A DNA stretch of 64,000 nt, taken from the human T2T-CHM13v2.0 reference genome, Homo sapiens. The stretch lies in assembly GCF_009914755.1 (NCBI RefSeq), contig NC_060927.1; one strand, given 5' to 3'. Shown piece after piece: positions 41,111 to 60,199 of the stretch (the first letter of the stretch is position 1; every line of letters starts with the position of its first letter). The notes beneath the pieces were generated by a model that saw only the letters and a program-made list of their open reading frames with translations, ran no database searches and was not told where the DNA came from. Made by a program: the position numbers and the translations under genes.

Positions 41111-42640
41111 TACAGACACCCAACTGGGCTAATATCATTTCCTGAAAACACTATCCTTTCCCCACTGAATTAATTTTGCACCCTCATCAAAAATCAATTG
41201 TGCATATACATGTGGGTTTTTTTCTGGAATCTCTATTATGTCCCATTTCTCTATTTGTCTATCTAAATGCCAACAACCTCCTGTCTCGAAAACTGAAGCT
41301 TTATAATAAGTCTTAAAAGCAGATAATGCTTGCCCACCTATTCCCTCTCTCTCTCTCTCTTTTTTTTTTTAGACACAATCTCAGCTCTGTTACTGAGGCT
41401 GGAGTGCAGCAGTGTAATCATGGCTCACTGCAGCCTTGACCTCCTAGGTTCAAGTGATTCTCCCACCTCAGCCTCCTGAGTAGCTGGGACTATAGGCACA
41501 CACCGCCAGCCATACCCAGCTATTTTTTTTTTTTTTTTTTTTTAGTAGCAATCGGGTCTCGCTATGTTGCCACAGCTGGACCAGAACTCCTGAGCTCAAG
41601 TGATCCTCCGGCCTTGGCCTCCCAAAGTGCCGGGATTATAGTCATGAACCACTGCACCTAGCTGACTTTTGTATATCCACATGAATTTTAGAATTAGCTC
41701 ATCAATTTCTACCAAAAAGGCGGGAATAAATTTTGACAGGAATTCAGTTGAATCTATGGATCAATCTGGGGAGAACTGACATTTTAGCAATTGAGTGCTA
41801 AAACACAACTAGGTATTTCTCCCCCTCATCTGTGTCTTCTTTAATTTCTCTCAGCAATGTTTTATAGTTTTCCATGTTACAGGCCTTGTAAACATCCTGT
41901 CAGATTTCTCTCTTAGCATTACTTATATTTTAATGCTGTTGTAAAATGGTATTTTTTTATTTCAATGACCAATTTTTTTACTGGAGGAACATAGAAATAC
42001 AATTGATTTTTGTATATTGGGCTTATATCTGCAACCTTGTTAACTTCATTTATTACCTCTAGTAGTTTTTCATGCATTCCATGCAGATTTTCTAAATAAA
42101 TAATCATGTCATTTTAATAAATACTGTTTTACCTTTTTCTTTCCATTTGAATGCTTTTATTTTTCTTGTGTTATTGAACTGTCTATAATTTCCAATACAG
42201 TGTTGAAGTGTTGAGAGCAGACATTCTTGTCCTGTGCCCTTTAGAAATCATTCTGATTTTCATAATTAAGTTAATCTGATATTAGCTGTGAATCTTTTTG
42301 CAGATGGTTTTTATAATTCAGAAGGTTCCCTTCTATTTCTAGTTTACTGAGAATTTTTATCAGGAATGGATGTCAAATTTTTTCAAATATTTCTTTGGCA
42401 ATATTGAGATGATCATATGGTTTTTCTTTTTTAGTTCATTAATATAATGAAATAGATGATTGATATTTGAGTGATAAACAAAAAGTACATACTTGGGATA
42501 AACCCTGCTTGGTCATAATTTATGATTCTTTTTATATATTGTATTCATGTTGCTAAAATTTTGTTTAGAATATGTGTGTCTATATTCACATGCAGTAGTG
42601 GTCTGTAGATTTTTGTGTGTGTGATGTCAATGTCAAGCTT
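39990..42640 (-). mobile_element. Old L1M (L1MC/MD-like) 3'UTR and ORF2, interrupted by AluJ; resumes at about 51519-51635
   Basis: caaccactgatctgctttc...aatgaaatcatgcagtatgtactc. ORF-track peptide 41919-42107 (MIIYLEN...KLLEVINE...) is L1 ORF2-like. Confidence 0.8.
41360..41662 (-). mobile_element. AluJ with expanded middle A-tract
   Basis: AluJ diagnostics ctcactgcagccttgacctcc and tctcgctatgttgcc; central run of about 21 T. Confidence 0.9.
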
Positions 42641-42644
42641 TTAA

Positions 42645-44990
42645 AATTTTTTTAATTTTTGTGGGTACATAGTAGGTGTATCTATGGGATACATGAGATA
42701 TTTTGACACAGGCATGCAATACATAATAATCACATAAGGGTAAATGCAGTATTTATCACCTCAAGCATTTATCCTTTGTGTTATAAACAATTCAATTATA
42801 GTTTTATTTTTACATGTATAATTAAATAATTATTGACTATAGTCACCCTGTTGTGCTATCAAATACTAGGTCTTATTCATTCTTTGTAACTATTTTTAGT
42901 ACCCATAGCCATCCCCACTTCCCTCTCACCTATCACCAACAATCCTTCCCAGCCTCTGGTAACCATTTTTCTACTCTCTATCTTCATGAGATCAATTGTT
43001 TTAATTCTTAGCTCCCCAAAATAAGTGAGAACATGTTAAGTGTGTCTTTCTGTGCCTAGCTTATTTCAGTTAACATAATGACCTCCAATTACATCCACGT
43101 TGTTGTAAATGACAGAATCTCATTCTTTTCTATGGCTGAATAGTACTCCATTATGTATATATACCACATTTTCTTTATCCATTCATCTGTTCACGGACAC
43201 TTAGGTTGCTTCCAAATCTCGGCTATTGTAAATAGTGCTGCAATAAACATGGGAGTGCAGATATCTCTTTGATATACTGATTTCCCTTCTTTTGGGTACA
43301 CACCTAGTAGTGGGATTGCTGGATCATATGGTAGCTCTATGTTTAGTTTTTGAAGACCCTCCAGACTGTTCTCCATAGTGGTTGTACTAATTTACATTCC
43401 CACCAAAAGTGTATGAGGGTTCCATTTTTTCCACACCCTCACCAGCATTTTTTATTGCCTGTGTTTTGGATAAAAGCCATTTTAACTGGAGAGGGGTAAT
43501 ACCTCATTGTAATTTTGATTTGCATTTCTTTGATGATCAACAATGCTGAGCACCTTTTCATAAAATGTTAGCCATTTGTATGTCTTCTTTTGAGAAATGT
43601 CTATTCAGATCTCTTGCCCATTTTTCAATCTGATTATTATATTTTTTCCTATTGAGTTGTTTCAGCTCCTTATATATTCTGATTATTAATCTCTTGTCAG
43701 ATGGATAGTTTGCAAATATTTTCTCTCATTCTGTAGGTTGCCTCTTCACTTGGCTGATTGTTTCCTTTATGTACGCAAGCTTTTTAACTTGATGTGAGCC
43801 AGTTTGTCCATTTTTGCTTTGGTTGCCTATGATTTGGTGGGCAGTTTCACGGTTTGAAGTCTTAGATTCAAGTATTTCATCCATTTTGATTTGATTTTGG
43901 CATATAGCAAGAGATAGGGGTCCAGTTTCAATCTTCTGCATATGGACATCCAGTTTTCCCAGCACCATTTATTGAACAGACGGTCCTATTCCCAATGTAT
44001 ATGTTTGGCACCTTTGCCGAAGAGTTCATTGTAGACATATGGATTTGTTTCCACATTCTCTATCCCTATCCACTTGTTCATGTGTCGGTTTTTATGCCAA
44101 TACCATGCTATTTTGGTTACTATAACTGTTGTATAATTTGAAGTCAGGTAATGTGATTCCTCTAGTATTGTTCTATTTGCTCAGGATAGGTTTGGCTATT
44201 TTGAGTCTTTTATGTTTCCATATATATTTTAGGATTTTTTTTTTCTATTTCTGTGAAGAATGTCGTTGGTATTTTGATACGTATTGCATTGAATCTGCAG
44301 ATTGCTTTACATGAGATGGACATTTTAACAATATTGATTCTTCCAATCCATGAATATGAAATATCTTTCCATTTTTTTTTGGTGTCCTCTGCAATTTCTT
44401 TCATCAATGCCTTATAGTTTTCCTTGTAGAGATCTTCTTTAGTTTCTTTACATTCACTTCTTTAGTTAATTCCTAAATATTTAATCTTATTTTTAGTGAC
44501 TGTAAATTGGATTATTTTCTGGATTTCTTTTACAGATTGTTTGCTGTTGGCATATAAACATGCTACTGATTTTCTTATGTTAATTTTTTATACTGCAAAT
44601 TTATTGAATTTGTTTATTAGTTCTAATAGTTTATTAGTAGGGTCTTAAGATTTTTCCAAATATAAGATCATATCATCTACAAACAAAGACACTTTGACTT
44701 CTTCCATTCCAATTAGGATTCTCTTTATTTCTTTCTCTTGTTTGATGCTCTAGCCAGGACTTCCAGTACTGTGTTGAAGAACAGTGGTAAAGTGAACATC
44801 CTTGTGATTTTCCCAATCTTACAGGAAAGGCTTTCAGTTTTTTTCCATTCAGTGTGATAATAGCTGTAGGTGTGTCATATATGGCCCTTATTATGTTGCA
44901 GTATATTCTTTCTATACCAAGTTTATTGAGTTTTGTCATGAAGCTATGCTTAATTTAATCAAATGCTTTTTGGCATCAATTGAAATGATC
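42645..44990 (-). mobile_element. L1MA (L1MA1-3-like) 3'UTR and ORF2 portion
   Basis: 3' end tttttgtgggtacatagtaggtgta...catgagatattttgacacaggcatgcaat. ORF2-like peptides at 43191-43376, 44210-44407 and 44673-44939. Confidence 0.85.
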
Positions 44991-49922
<4,932 letters not shown>

Positions 49923-51277
49923 TTCTAGAGGGGTAAAGGTATTAGGTAAATATGGCCATTTCAAATGGGAGAAATTAGCCAAAACAAAGAGGCTACAGGG
50001 CCCATACAAGTCCAAAATCCAGCAGGGCAGCCAAATCTTAAAGCTCCAAAATGTTCTCCTTTGACTCCATGTCTCACATCTGGGTCACACTGAAGCAAGA
50101 GGTGGGTTCCCATGGTCATGGGCAGCTCTACCTCTGTGGCTTTGCAGGGTATAACCTTCCCAGCTGCTTTTATGGGCTGGTGTTGAGGGTCTGCAGCTTT
50201 TCCAGGTGCACAGTGTCAGCTGTCAGTGTACCTACGATTCTGGGGTCTGGAGGACTGTGGCCCTCTTCTCACAGCTCCACTAGGCAGTGCCCCAGTAGGG
50301 ACTCTGTGTGGCCTCTTCCTCACTGCCCTAGCAGAGGTTCTCCATGAGGGCCTGCCCCTGCAGCAAACTTCTTTCTGGACATCTGGGCACTTCCATACAT
50401 CCTCTGAAATTTAGGTAGATGTTCCCAAACCTCAGTTCTTGATTTCTATGTACTCACAGGATCAACACCACATGGAAGCTGCCAAGACTTGGGGATTGCA
50501 CCCTCTGAAGCCATTGCCCCAGCTCTACATTGGCCCCTTTCAGCCATGGCTGAAGTGGCTGGGATGCAGGGCACCAAGTCCCTAGGCTGCTCACAGCATG
50601 GGGACCCTGGGCCCAGTCACATTTTTTACTCCTAGGCCTCTGGGCCAGTGATAGGAGGGGCTGCCATGAAGACCTCTGACATGGCCCAGAGACATTTTCC
50701 CCATTGCCCTGGGTAATAACATTGGACTCGTCATTATTTATGCAAATTTCTACAGCTAACTTGAATTTCTCCTGAGAAAATTGGTTTTTCTTTTCTATTG
50801 CATGGTCAGGATGCAAATTTTCCAAACTTTTATGCTCTGCTTTCCTTATAAAAGTGAATTCTTTTAATAGCACCTAAGTCACCTCTTGAATGCTTTGCTG
50901 CTTAGAAATTTCTTCCACCAGATACCCTAAATCATCTCTCTCAAGTTCAAAGTTCCACAAATCTCTAGGGCAGGGGCAAAATGCCGCTAGTCTTTTTGCT
51001 AAAACATAACAAGAGCCACCTTTGCTCCAGTTCCAAACAATTTCCTCATTTTCATCTGAGACCACCTCAGCCTGGACTTTATTGTCCATATCACTATCAG
51101 CATTTTTGTCAAAGACATTCAACAAGTCTCTAGGAAGTTCCAAACTTTCCCACATTTTTCTGTCTTCTTCTGAGCCCTCCAAACTGTTCCAACCTCTACC
51201 TGTTACCCAGTTACAAAGTCACTTCCACGTTTTTGGACATTTTTTCAGCAATGCCCCACTTACTGGTACCAATTTAC
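49923..51277 (-). mobile_element. THE1 internal region (MaLR-int), 3' end missing
   Basis: ORF 50874-51182 MEGSEEDRKMWESLELPRDLLN... is the characteristic THE1/MST internal ORF. Adjoins the LTR at ...ggtaccaatttac|tgtattag. Confidence 0.9.
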
Positions 51278-51518
51278 TGTATTAGTCCATTTTCACACTG
51301 CTGATAAAGACATACCAAGACTTGGCAAAAAGAGAGAGTGTTTGTGCAGGGAAATTCCCATTTTTAAAACCATCAGATCTTGCAAGACTTACTCACTATC
51401 ACAAGAACAGCACAGGAAAGACTTACCCCCATGATTCAACTATCTCTCACCAGGTCCCTCCCACAACACGTGGGAATTCAAGATAGTATTTGGGTGGGGT
51501 ACAAAGCCAAACCATATC
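51278..51518 (-). mobile_element. THE1 (THE1B-like) 5' LTR with internal deletion
   Basis: tgtattagtccattttcacactgctgataaagacatacc...gccaaaccatatca. Only about 240 bp versus about 357 bp for the THE1 LTR at 23752. Confidence 0.88.
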
Positions 51519-51649
51519 ACAGGTCAAATATGTTGACATAAAGTTTTCATTTTTTAAAATTATTCCTTTAATATCTACTGATTGCAGTGATGTCACCTCT
51601 CTCATTTCTGATACTGATTAGTGTCTCTTTTCTCCTGTATAATGTCCAA

Positions 51650-51830
51650 CACTATATAAACACCATATATTCATTATCTCACTTAATCCTCAAAGAATCT
51701 AATGAGAGAGTCACTATATTTTTAACAGATAAAACACTGATGTTCAATAAACATAAGTAACTTCACTCAAAGTCAAACAGCTAAATCTGAATGTGATTTC
51801 AGGGTCCTGGCTCATAATGGTTTATTACAT
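51650..51830 (-). mobile_element. MIR
   Basis: attatctcacttaatcctca...ttaacagataaaacactga...aagtaacttcactcaaagtcaaacagct. Confidence 0.6.
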
Positions 51831-52264
51831 ACAAGTTGACTTGTTGCTATATAAGTAACCAAAATGTAACTGAGCCTCCTTGTCTAGCCGTGCCCTCACC
51901 TAGTGTCTTCTATTGAATTCTCCCCTCCCTGCCCTCAATTCTAAGTGCAAAAGCATTGATGACATGGTCTGTATTGAAGGTTTCATACTGAGACAAGGGA
52001 GGAGCTAGTCACACAGCAACACATCTGAAATATCCACTTTTAAAAGAAGATCTAAACTCCATTTGCTCACAACAGCTTTCAAATATGTCTTTTCTCTCTT
52101 TCTTTCTAAAGCTTTTCCTCCTTGTTTTTCCCAGAAGAGCTGGTCATTCTCTCTTCAACATTTGCAAAACCCACTCCAAGAAAAAAAATTAGAAATGATT
52201 CATTATTCTTCTAGCATTCCCTTGGTAGTGCTCAATTTTTAAATTGTTTCCCAAAGCATACATT

Positions 52265-52385
52265 TCACATTCCCTGATCCTCATTAACAATCCTGTGAAA
52301 GTTTTCAGATGGAAATGGGGAAGACATGACTCAGACAATTTAAGAGACTTGCCCAAGGACACAGTTAGTCAACGGTGCAGCTCAA
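52265..52385 (-). mobile_element. MIR fragment
   Basis: ttttcagatggaaa...gacttgcccaaggacacag. Confidence 0.55.
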
Positions 52386-53797
52386 AACTTTAGTGTGTAT
52401 CATCTCCTAAAAACTTAAAGCACAAAATTTCTTCCCTCATTCACTATCTTAGATGTGAAATTAAATTTTAGAGAATTCTTTTGGCTTACATATAAAATGC
52501 AAAGATTTCTTAGAAGGGTAACATTGTGAGCTAGCATATGACCAGTCATTATACCTTAAAGTTCATGAAGATATTCAGGACAGACTGGAGGATGGAGCAA
52601 GAGAGGGATGGGAAGATGATGAAATGGTATATAGGAAGTTGAAACCTGGATTATCCTCAGGACATGAGTGAAATCCAGGCCTGGGCTTATCCTGTAGTAT
52701 ATTAGAATCCATAGACGGCCTTACTTTCCTATGTTCTTCTCTTTTAGAATCCATCCATTCATTTAACGATTTATTCCTTATGACTTATTTTGAGTTTCTT
52801 ATTCTTTCTCTACCCTCAACCCTGAGAACCACAAGAACTTATTGGGAAAAGAAATCACCTAAGCATCCCTGAATTATCTCTAATTCAAGAGCACCTGTAG
52901 ATCAGGACTAACCTTCTGAGGTCCATCAGCTTGTTGTGGTCCTATTCTTCATGGTGAAATTACTTTCCCTGAGACCTCATTACCAAGCAGGATCTTATGC
53001 CTAGTAGAGGAAGGGATTAGAATCCTCCAGAGAATTTCTTCTCAAGTGTTGCCTCAGGCAAATGATGAGAAAGTCTTTTTCCCCATTTCTCCATGCTAAA
53101 GTGAAAGAAAACAGCCTTCCTTGAAATTATGTGATTCACCAGAAACATCTGACATTAATTCCAGGAAAAAGACTTGAAATATGAAAATGTGTAGGAAGCA
53201 ACAGGGATGGTCTCACAGATAATCCATGGCATAAGATGTGGAAACTCCTTGTTAAATGTATCATCAGCTCTCACTTCCTGAACTGAAAACTGGTGGTCTT
53301 TGACTTATGAAATGTCTTGTTCTCAGCACCAGTGTGCAGAGAGGACATTAAATCAGGTCAAAGAATGCCAACCACATAATATGATGCTGATAGGGCTCTG
53401 AATTCTCTTCAGAAGACTGGCATTTTGCATTTCAAATGGCCTAGCCTGTCTTCCGAAACAGGATGCACTGTATCACCCAAGCCCCTTAAGCCAGTCTGAT
53501 CACCAGCCTGACACTTGAAGCACCATAAGCTAGACTCTTATCATCTAGAGTCCTCCAGTCCTGCCACCCAGCTTGTCATTCCTAGGCAGATAAAAACCAG
53601 AATTCTCACTAGCAATTAATTGCGTAGACTTGTCTATTTCGTTAATTTGACCAACATCTATGGAGAGCCCAAAGCTTGCTAGACACTCTAAAGCATTGAG
53701 GCCCAAGAGAAGAGACCATTCCTTGCCCTAGATGAAGGCTTTTAGGACATGAAGAAGAGCAATCCAATGGTTACTAAATAGTGTGCTTAGTATCATG

Positions 53798-54834
53798 TAT
53801 TGGGGGAACCACCTCCAATATTTCAACATAGGTTCTTTCTATTTTCCCTAAGTGTCGGCCAGTCTGAGAAATAAAGAGAAAGAGTACAAAGAGAGGAATT
53901 TTACAGCTGGGCCGCTGGGGGTGACATCACATATCAGTAGGTCCGTGATGCCCACCTGAGCTGCAAAACCAGCAGGTTTTTATTAAGGGTTTCAAAAGGA
54001 GAGGGGGTGTATAAGCAGGGAGTAGGTCACAAAGATCACATGCTAAGGGCAAAAAGGAGAACAAAGATCACATGCTTCTGAGGCCAATAAAGATCACAAG
54101 GCAAAGGGCAAAATCAAAAACTCCTGATAAGGGTCTATGTTCAGCTGTGCACGTATTGTCTTGATAAACATCTTAAACAACAGAAAACAGGGTTCGAGAG
54201 CAGAGAACTGGTCTGACCTCAAATTTACCAGGGAATGGTTTTTTCCCCACCCTAATAAGCCTGAGGGTACTGCAGGAGACCAGGGCATGTTTCAGTCCTT
54301 ATCTCAACCGCATACAACAGACACTCCAAGAGCGGCCATTTATAGACCGCTCCCCAGGAAAGCAATTCCTTTCCCAGGGTTTTAATTATTAATATTCCTT
54401 GCTAGGAAAAGAATTTAGCGATATCTTCCCTACTTGCACGTCCGTTTATAGGCTCTCTGCAAGAAGAAAAATATGGCTCTATTCTGCCCGACACCACAGG
54501 CAGTCAGACCTAATGGTTATCTTCCCTTCTTCCCTGAAAATCACTGTTATTCTGTTTTTTTTTTTTTCAAGGTGCACTAATTTCATATTGTTCAAACACA
54601 CTTGTTTTACAATGAATTTGTACAGTTAACGCAATCATCACAGTGGACCTGAGGTGACATACATCCTCAGCTTATGAAGTTAACAGGATTAAGAGATTAA
54701 AGTAAGACAGGCATAAGAAATTATAAGAGTATTATTAGAGAAGTGATAAATGTCCATGAAATCTTCACAATTTATGTTCCTCTGCCATGGCTCCAGCCGG
54801 TCCCTCCGTTCGGGGTCCCTGACTTCCCGCAACA
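53798..54834 (-). mobile_element. MER11 (HERV-K11/HML-8) solo LTR
   Basis: Minus strand begins TGTTGCGGGAAGTCAGGGACCCCGAACGGAGGGACCGGCTGG. 1037 bp. 6-bp TSD ATCATG/ATTATG. Internal AAAGATCACA repeats. Inserted in an L2 remnant. Confidence 0.92.
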
Positions 54835-55137
54835 ATTATGGATAGTGGTGAACACGAGAACATATGAAAACCTTAGAAGGTCTCTAGCCCTACCTAATCG
54901 AGTGGGGAGGAGGAGAGGGTATAAGAAAATCTTCCTGAAGATACCAGTTTTTGATAACTCTTTAAATGGCAAGGAGAGTTACATAATTAAAGGGAAAGGA
55001 CGGTCTTAGCCTCTAACAAAATAAGAATGATGTCAGTTTGATTAATCAATAAATGGAAAGTAAAATGAATTGATGTAAAATGAAAAACACAATGATGAAA
55101 GAATATAGTTTAACTCTATTTAGAAGTGAAAATTAAG

Positions 55138-55625
55138 TGTGATAATTTCCTATGGTTGCCATAAAAATTATCACAAACTCAATGGCTTAATACAATACAA
55201 ATTTAATATCTTACAGTTCTGTAGTTCAGAAGTTTGACATGAATCTCACAGGAATAAAGTCAAGGTATTGGCTGGGCTGCATCCCTTCCTAGAGGCTCTA
55301 AAAGATAACCTGTTTCCTTACCTTTTTTCAGCTTCTAGAGCCCATATTCTGGCCTTGACCCCTTCCCTCCACCTCCAAAGTCAACAACATAGCATCTCTC
55401 TGAAACTGCTTCCATCTTCACATCTCTTTCTCTGACTTTTCTGTAGCTCTGTCTTCCATTTTTGAGAAACATTGTGATTACATTGGGCCCACCTGGATAA
55501 CAAAGATTATCTCTCAATTTTATGGTCAGTTGATTTGCAAGCTAAATTCCAACAGCAGCCCTAATTCTTTTTTGCCATGTTACCTAACATTCAAGTTTGG
55601 GAAAATTAGGATGTGACAATTTTTG
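55138..55625 (-). mobile_element. MaLR LTR (MLT1C/D-like)
   Basis: atcttacagttctgtagttcagaag...gtgattacattgggcccacctggataa. Confidence 0.82.
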
Positions 55626-55726
55626 TAAATTTCCCTGAAGAAGCAAAGTGTCTCCAAAATCACAATGACAAGATGGTTCAGAGAACCTAAGGAGCATGTG
55701 AATGTTAAATAGAAATATTTGGCTGG

Positions 55727-56362
<636 letters not shown>

Positions 56363-57768
56363 TTAGTCAGGGGGTTAAAGAGGTTAAAAAGACACAGCAG
56401 TAAAGATAAATGTGGAGTTTTTGTTGGAGCATTTTCAAACGTGCTGCTTGTTGATTCTACCTGAGAAAATGTAGCACATGGGCATTATGAATGGATGGAA
56501 TGTGTTAACACATCACTACTGGATTAGGCTTTTTACAATTTAAAAAAATGTGGGTACATGGTAGATGTATATATTTATGGGATTACATCAAGTTAAAAAG
56601 CTTCTGCACACCAAAGGATACATTCTTATCATTTTGAATGTATGATTTCTCCCATGTCCTTGTCACTGGATTTCACCTACACCAATGAAACCAACTCATC
56701 CATACTAAGAAATAGTTGTTAATGTTTCTCTACCAATAACTGCCAGAGCCTTTAAAATATTCATACCCTTTGGCTCAATAACTCACATTAAAAAATATAT
56801 GCCAAGGTAAGGATTCAAAATTTAAAGATCATCTAAACATTTTTTAGGAAAAGTGAAAAAGTTTGTGACCGCATACAACAGCATAAAACATTTAAAAAGG
56901 AGGTTGATGATATAAATCGGAGCACAATCTAATAACTAAATATAACCCAGTCACTAAAAACCACATAAAATTGGCTACCTGAGAAATCCTAAAACGCTAA
57001 CAGAAAAAGGACACAATTTATGAAACATTAAACACTGTATGAATATAGTTATATTTAAAATGTGTCTAAATTTTAAAGGCTGGAAGAATATAAACCAAAA
57101 CCCATTGTCTCTGTGTGGTAGAACTATGGAGATCATATTTCTTCTCTCTATTTTTCCATAGAAATATTTATAAGCAAGTCCTTCTTGTGCAATGGAAAAT
57201 TGTTCTAGAAATATTTTTCTTATTCGTAACCGTCTCAGTATATAGCTGGTAGCAATAGGTGGATCCAGGAGGGTTTAGACATGAACCCAATAGGTAATCA
57301 GGTCCCCAACTCTTCTCACCCAAGTGAGTTATTCACAACATCTTAAGCAAGCCATATAACAACAGACAGTGGAAGCTCACACAACACAAGAGAAAAGAAA
57401 AGCACCAACAAGTAATTGTGTCCACATCAATCACACAGGCTGAGGCATAACTGATATGTTGTCCCAGGTTTAGGTGAGACAGACCTGCTTCAGACACTAC
57501 ACTGAGGGGCACTGTCTAAGTAGGCTGCATTCGGAACAGACAGGTTGATGGCCGCAATTCTAGGAAATCCCAGTATCCAGTCCATTGCAGACACTCAATA
57601 ATTATCCACTGAATGGGAAGCTACCATCCTTTCCCCCTTTCTTATGTTGCAGCACCCACAATACGTCTGCAGGGAAATAGGACTAAGTGATCACCAACTT
57701 GTAGCTATCATGTAGAAAAGCAGCAGAGAGAGGGAGGAAACACTATCATCTGTATAGTCACTTATGGA

Positions 57769-57772
<4 letters not shown>

Positions 57773-57802
<30 letters not shown>
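57773..57802. repeat. (GT)15 microsatellite
   Basis: Direct reading. Confidence 0.97.
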
Positions 57803-57804
<2 letters not shown>

Positions 57805-59807
57805 CCCCCCACACTCTTGGACCTTGTTTCCAATTGTCTGACCTCTACCACCTCCAATCAATAAAAATGTCCTAAACCCCATAACCCTAGTCCGCTGTTT
57901 CCTTCCCCTGATCAAGCCCTTCTTTCTGTTCCACTTATTAGCTCTTATACTTACTTTTTTCCAGTTTATCTCTTCGCCGTCTCTGTTATCCAATTTTGCA
58001 TATTTGCTTTGCATAATAGAAATGTATGTATTTAATAATAACTAATTCTAAGTAACTAGTTATTATTAGTATTTAATAATAACTAATTCTTAAGTAACTA
58101 ATTCTGAATTTTAGAGGAATAAAGATAAGTTTTCCTTAGATTGTTTTTGTTCTCTCCCACTTCATGCATTGAAGGAAGGATGGGATATAAAAGTGTATTA
58201 TGTTTACTGTGGAATCAGCCTGGTAATGACCACAAAAGGTATAATTAGGATCAGAGCAGAATACCTCACGGTGAAAAGCTCTGGCCTCCATCGCCTCAAT
58301 CTACTGAAAAACACTGGCATTTAGTTTAAGGCCTTGTTTAAATGTGAATTTACTTGGAAAGGAGTTTTTAGCTATTTTTAGTCAGTGTGAGTGGATTACA
58401 AATACTTTCTTCATAATCATTTTCAGAGGAGGGAAACAAAGATAAAGATGACATCTTGGAAGCCTGCGGGAGGACAGAAAATGGCACAGGGAACAGGAGC
58501 AAGAGGCAGCAAAGGGACACATAATTGACTGCACCATTGTGCTTGTAACTGGTCTTAGACATACTCATGCCACAGACATTTGCCAATTCAAGATGTGCAT
58601 TTAAACACGGCCTCTCACCTTGGCGCTCAGGAAATTACAATCCGGCTGAAAAAAAATGAGCATTCCAGAATATATAGCACATGAACTATATGTCTAGAGA
58701 AAATGTATTTTCCTTTTCTGTCCCCAAAGTGTGAAACCTGAGGCATCTTTAACTAAGAATGATTGTGGAGCACATGATTCTTTGCTTATAAAAAATCTTG
58801 GAAGAAACTAGTGCTATACTTTTGGCTCCGAGTTGCCGATGAAGCAGGAAATGTTAAAATATTAAAATATTCTGGACTCTTACACAAAGGCTCTCAGTCT
58901 AAAATGGAATAAGAAACTCTTTTGGAAAAGATAGGGGATTAACAGGTGTGGGTTTTAAGTGTGTGCATTCTCCTTAGCTGACTCCTGAAAGTGTCCCCAA
59001 GGCTCTGTCTTTGGGAGATGGAAAGAGACGAAGCCTTAGGCAGGCTGATGCACAGATACAAAGATACTTATGTTTGTCAGGAGCAAAAAGGAAACCATGA
59101 GTCACACAGAAAAGAAAGATTAAATACATAAAAGAGTTTTTTGCTTTTCCTGGAATTCTTACTAGGAAAAAAAGCAACTTATTTTTTTCCTTACTGCAAC
59201 AAATACCATTTTTCAGTATAGAGATGAACAGCATGTTTACATGTGCAAAATTAAGTGATTTTCCAATTTATACCCCTCCTCTTTCATTAAGGTCAAACAA
59301 AATGCCTTCTAGCAGATGAATTGCTACTCTTTAAAACAAAACAAAAATCTAGCGAATGGAAGTGTATAAACCTGAATTTTATAATGTTTCTGTGCCTTTA
59401 GAGGCAAGAGTACACTTCTATCAAGTTATAGCCGTTCTATACAACTAAAAAAACATGGCAGCTTAAAAGAGAAAGCTCTTACCTTGGTTTTCCTTAAATT
59501 TACCAAATTTATTGAATTTTATTCAAAGCATTATTACGCTATCAGCAAAATATGTGACAGATGGTGGGGAAAAGAAATTTTTAAGAAGTCTCACAATTCT
59601 TATCTGTCTTCTAGTTTACAGTACTTATTGTTTTTAGTGAAAGATAACAGCAGTGTGCTTTAGTGCTTAAGCAAATGTGCACTGAACACCAAAATGTGCG
59701 ATGCATACCTAAAGGAGGCTATTTCTGTTGCTTCATCGGATTATCAAAATATGGGCAATGAGGTTGGTGGGCATGATGTGAAGAGCCTGCCATAAAGAAT
59801 TGAACTA

Positions 59808-60027
59808 CAGTATCCTTTATCCAAAATGATTGGGACCAGAGGTGTTTCAGATTTTTTGAGTTTTGCAATATTTGTGTTATACCAATTGAGCATCCCAAAT
59901 TCAAAAATCCTAAATTCAAAATGCTCCAATAAGGATTTCTTTTCAGCATCTTGCTGGCACTCAAAATGTTGCAGATTTTGGAGCATTTTTAACTCCAGAT
60001 TTGGGGATTTGGGATGTTCAATCTGTA
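59808..60027. mobile_element. Tigger4a/MER46-like MITE
   Basis: atcctttatccaaaatgattgggaccagaggtgtttcagattt...gggatgttcaatctg followed by TA. Confidence 0.8.
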
Positions 60028-60199
60028 TTACTCATGAAAGTAAGGCCAGTGTTAAATCCTCAAGCTCATCTCCTACTTTGCTAAAGTGGGAACCATGTAT
60101 TCCAGAATCCTTCAGTTTTGAGTTTCCCCCACTTAGGGTTTTCATGGATTTAAGTGATCAAGAAAATAATGTTTCTGTTGGTGGCTGATGGCTAGAGTG

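Noticed and set aside
50454-51182. 139-aa and 102-aa ORFs as a novel gene
   Set aside because: They are the degenerate THE1/MaLR internal ORF.
57215-57690. Possible ancient LTR or unique element
   Set aside because: I could not assign termini, a TSD or a family with any confidence.
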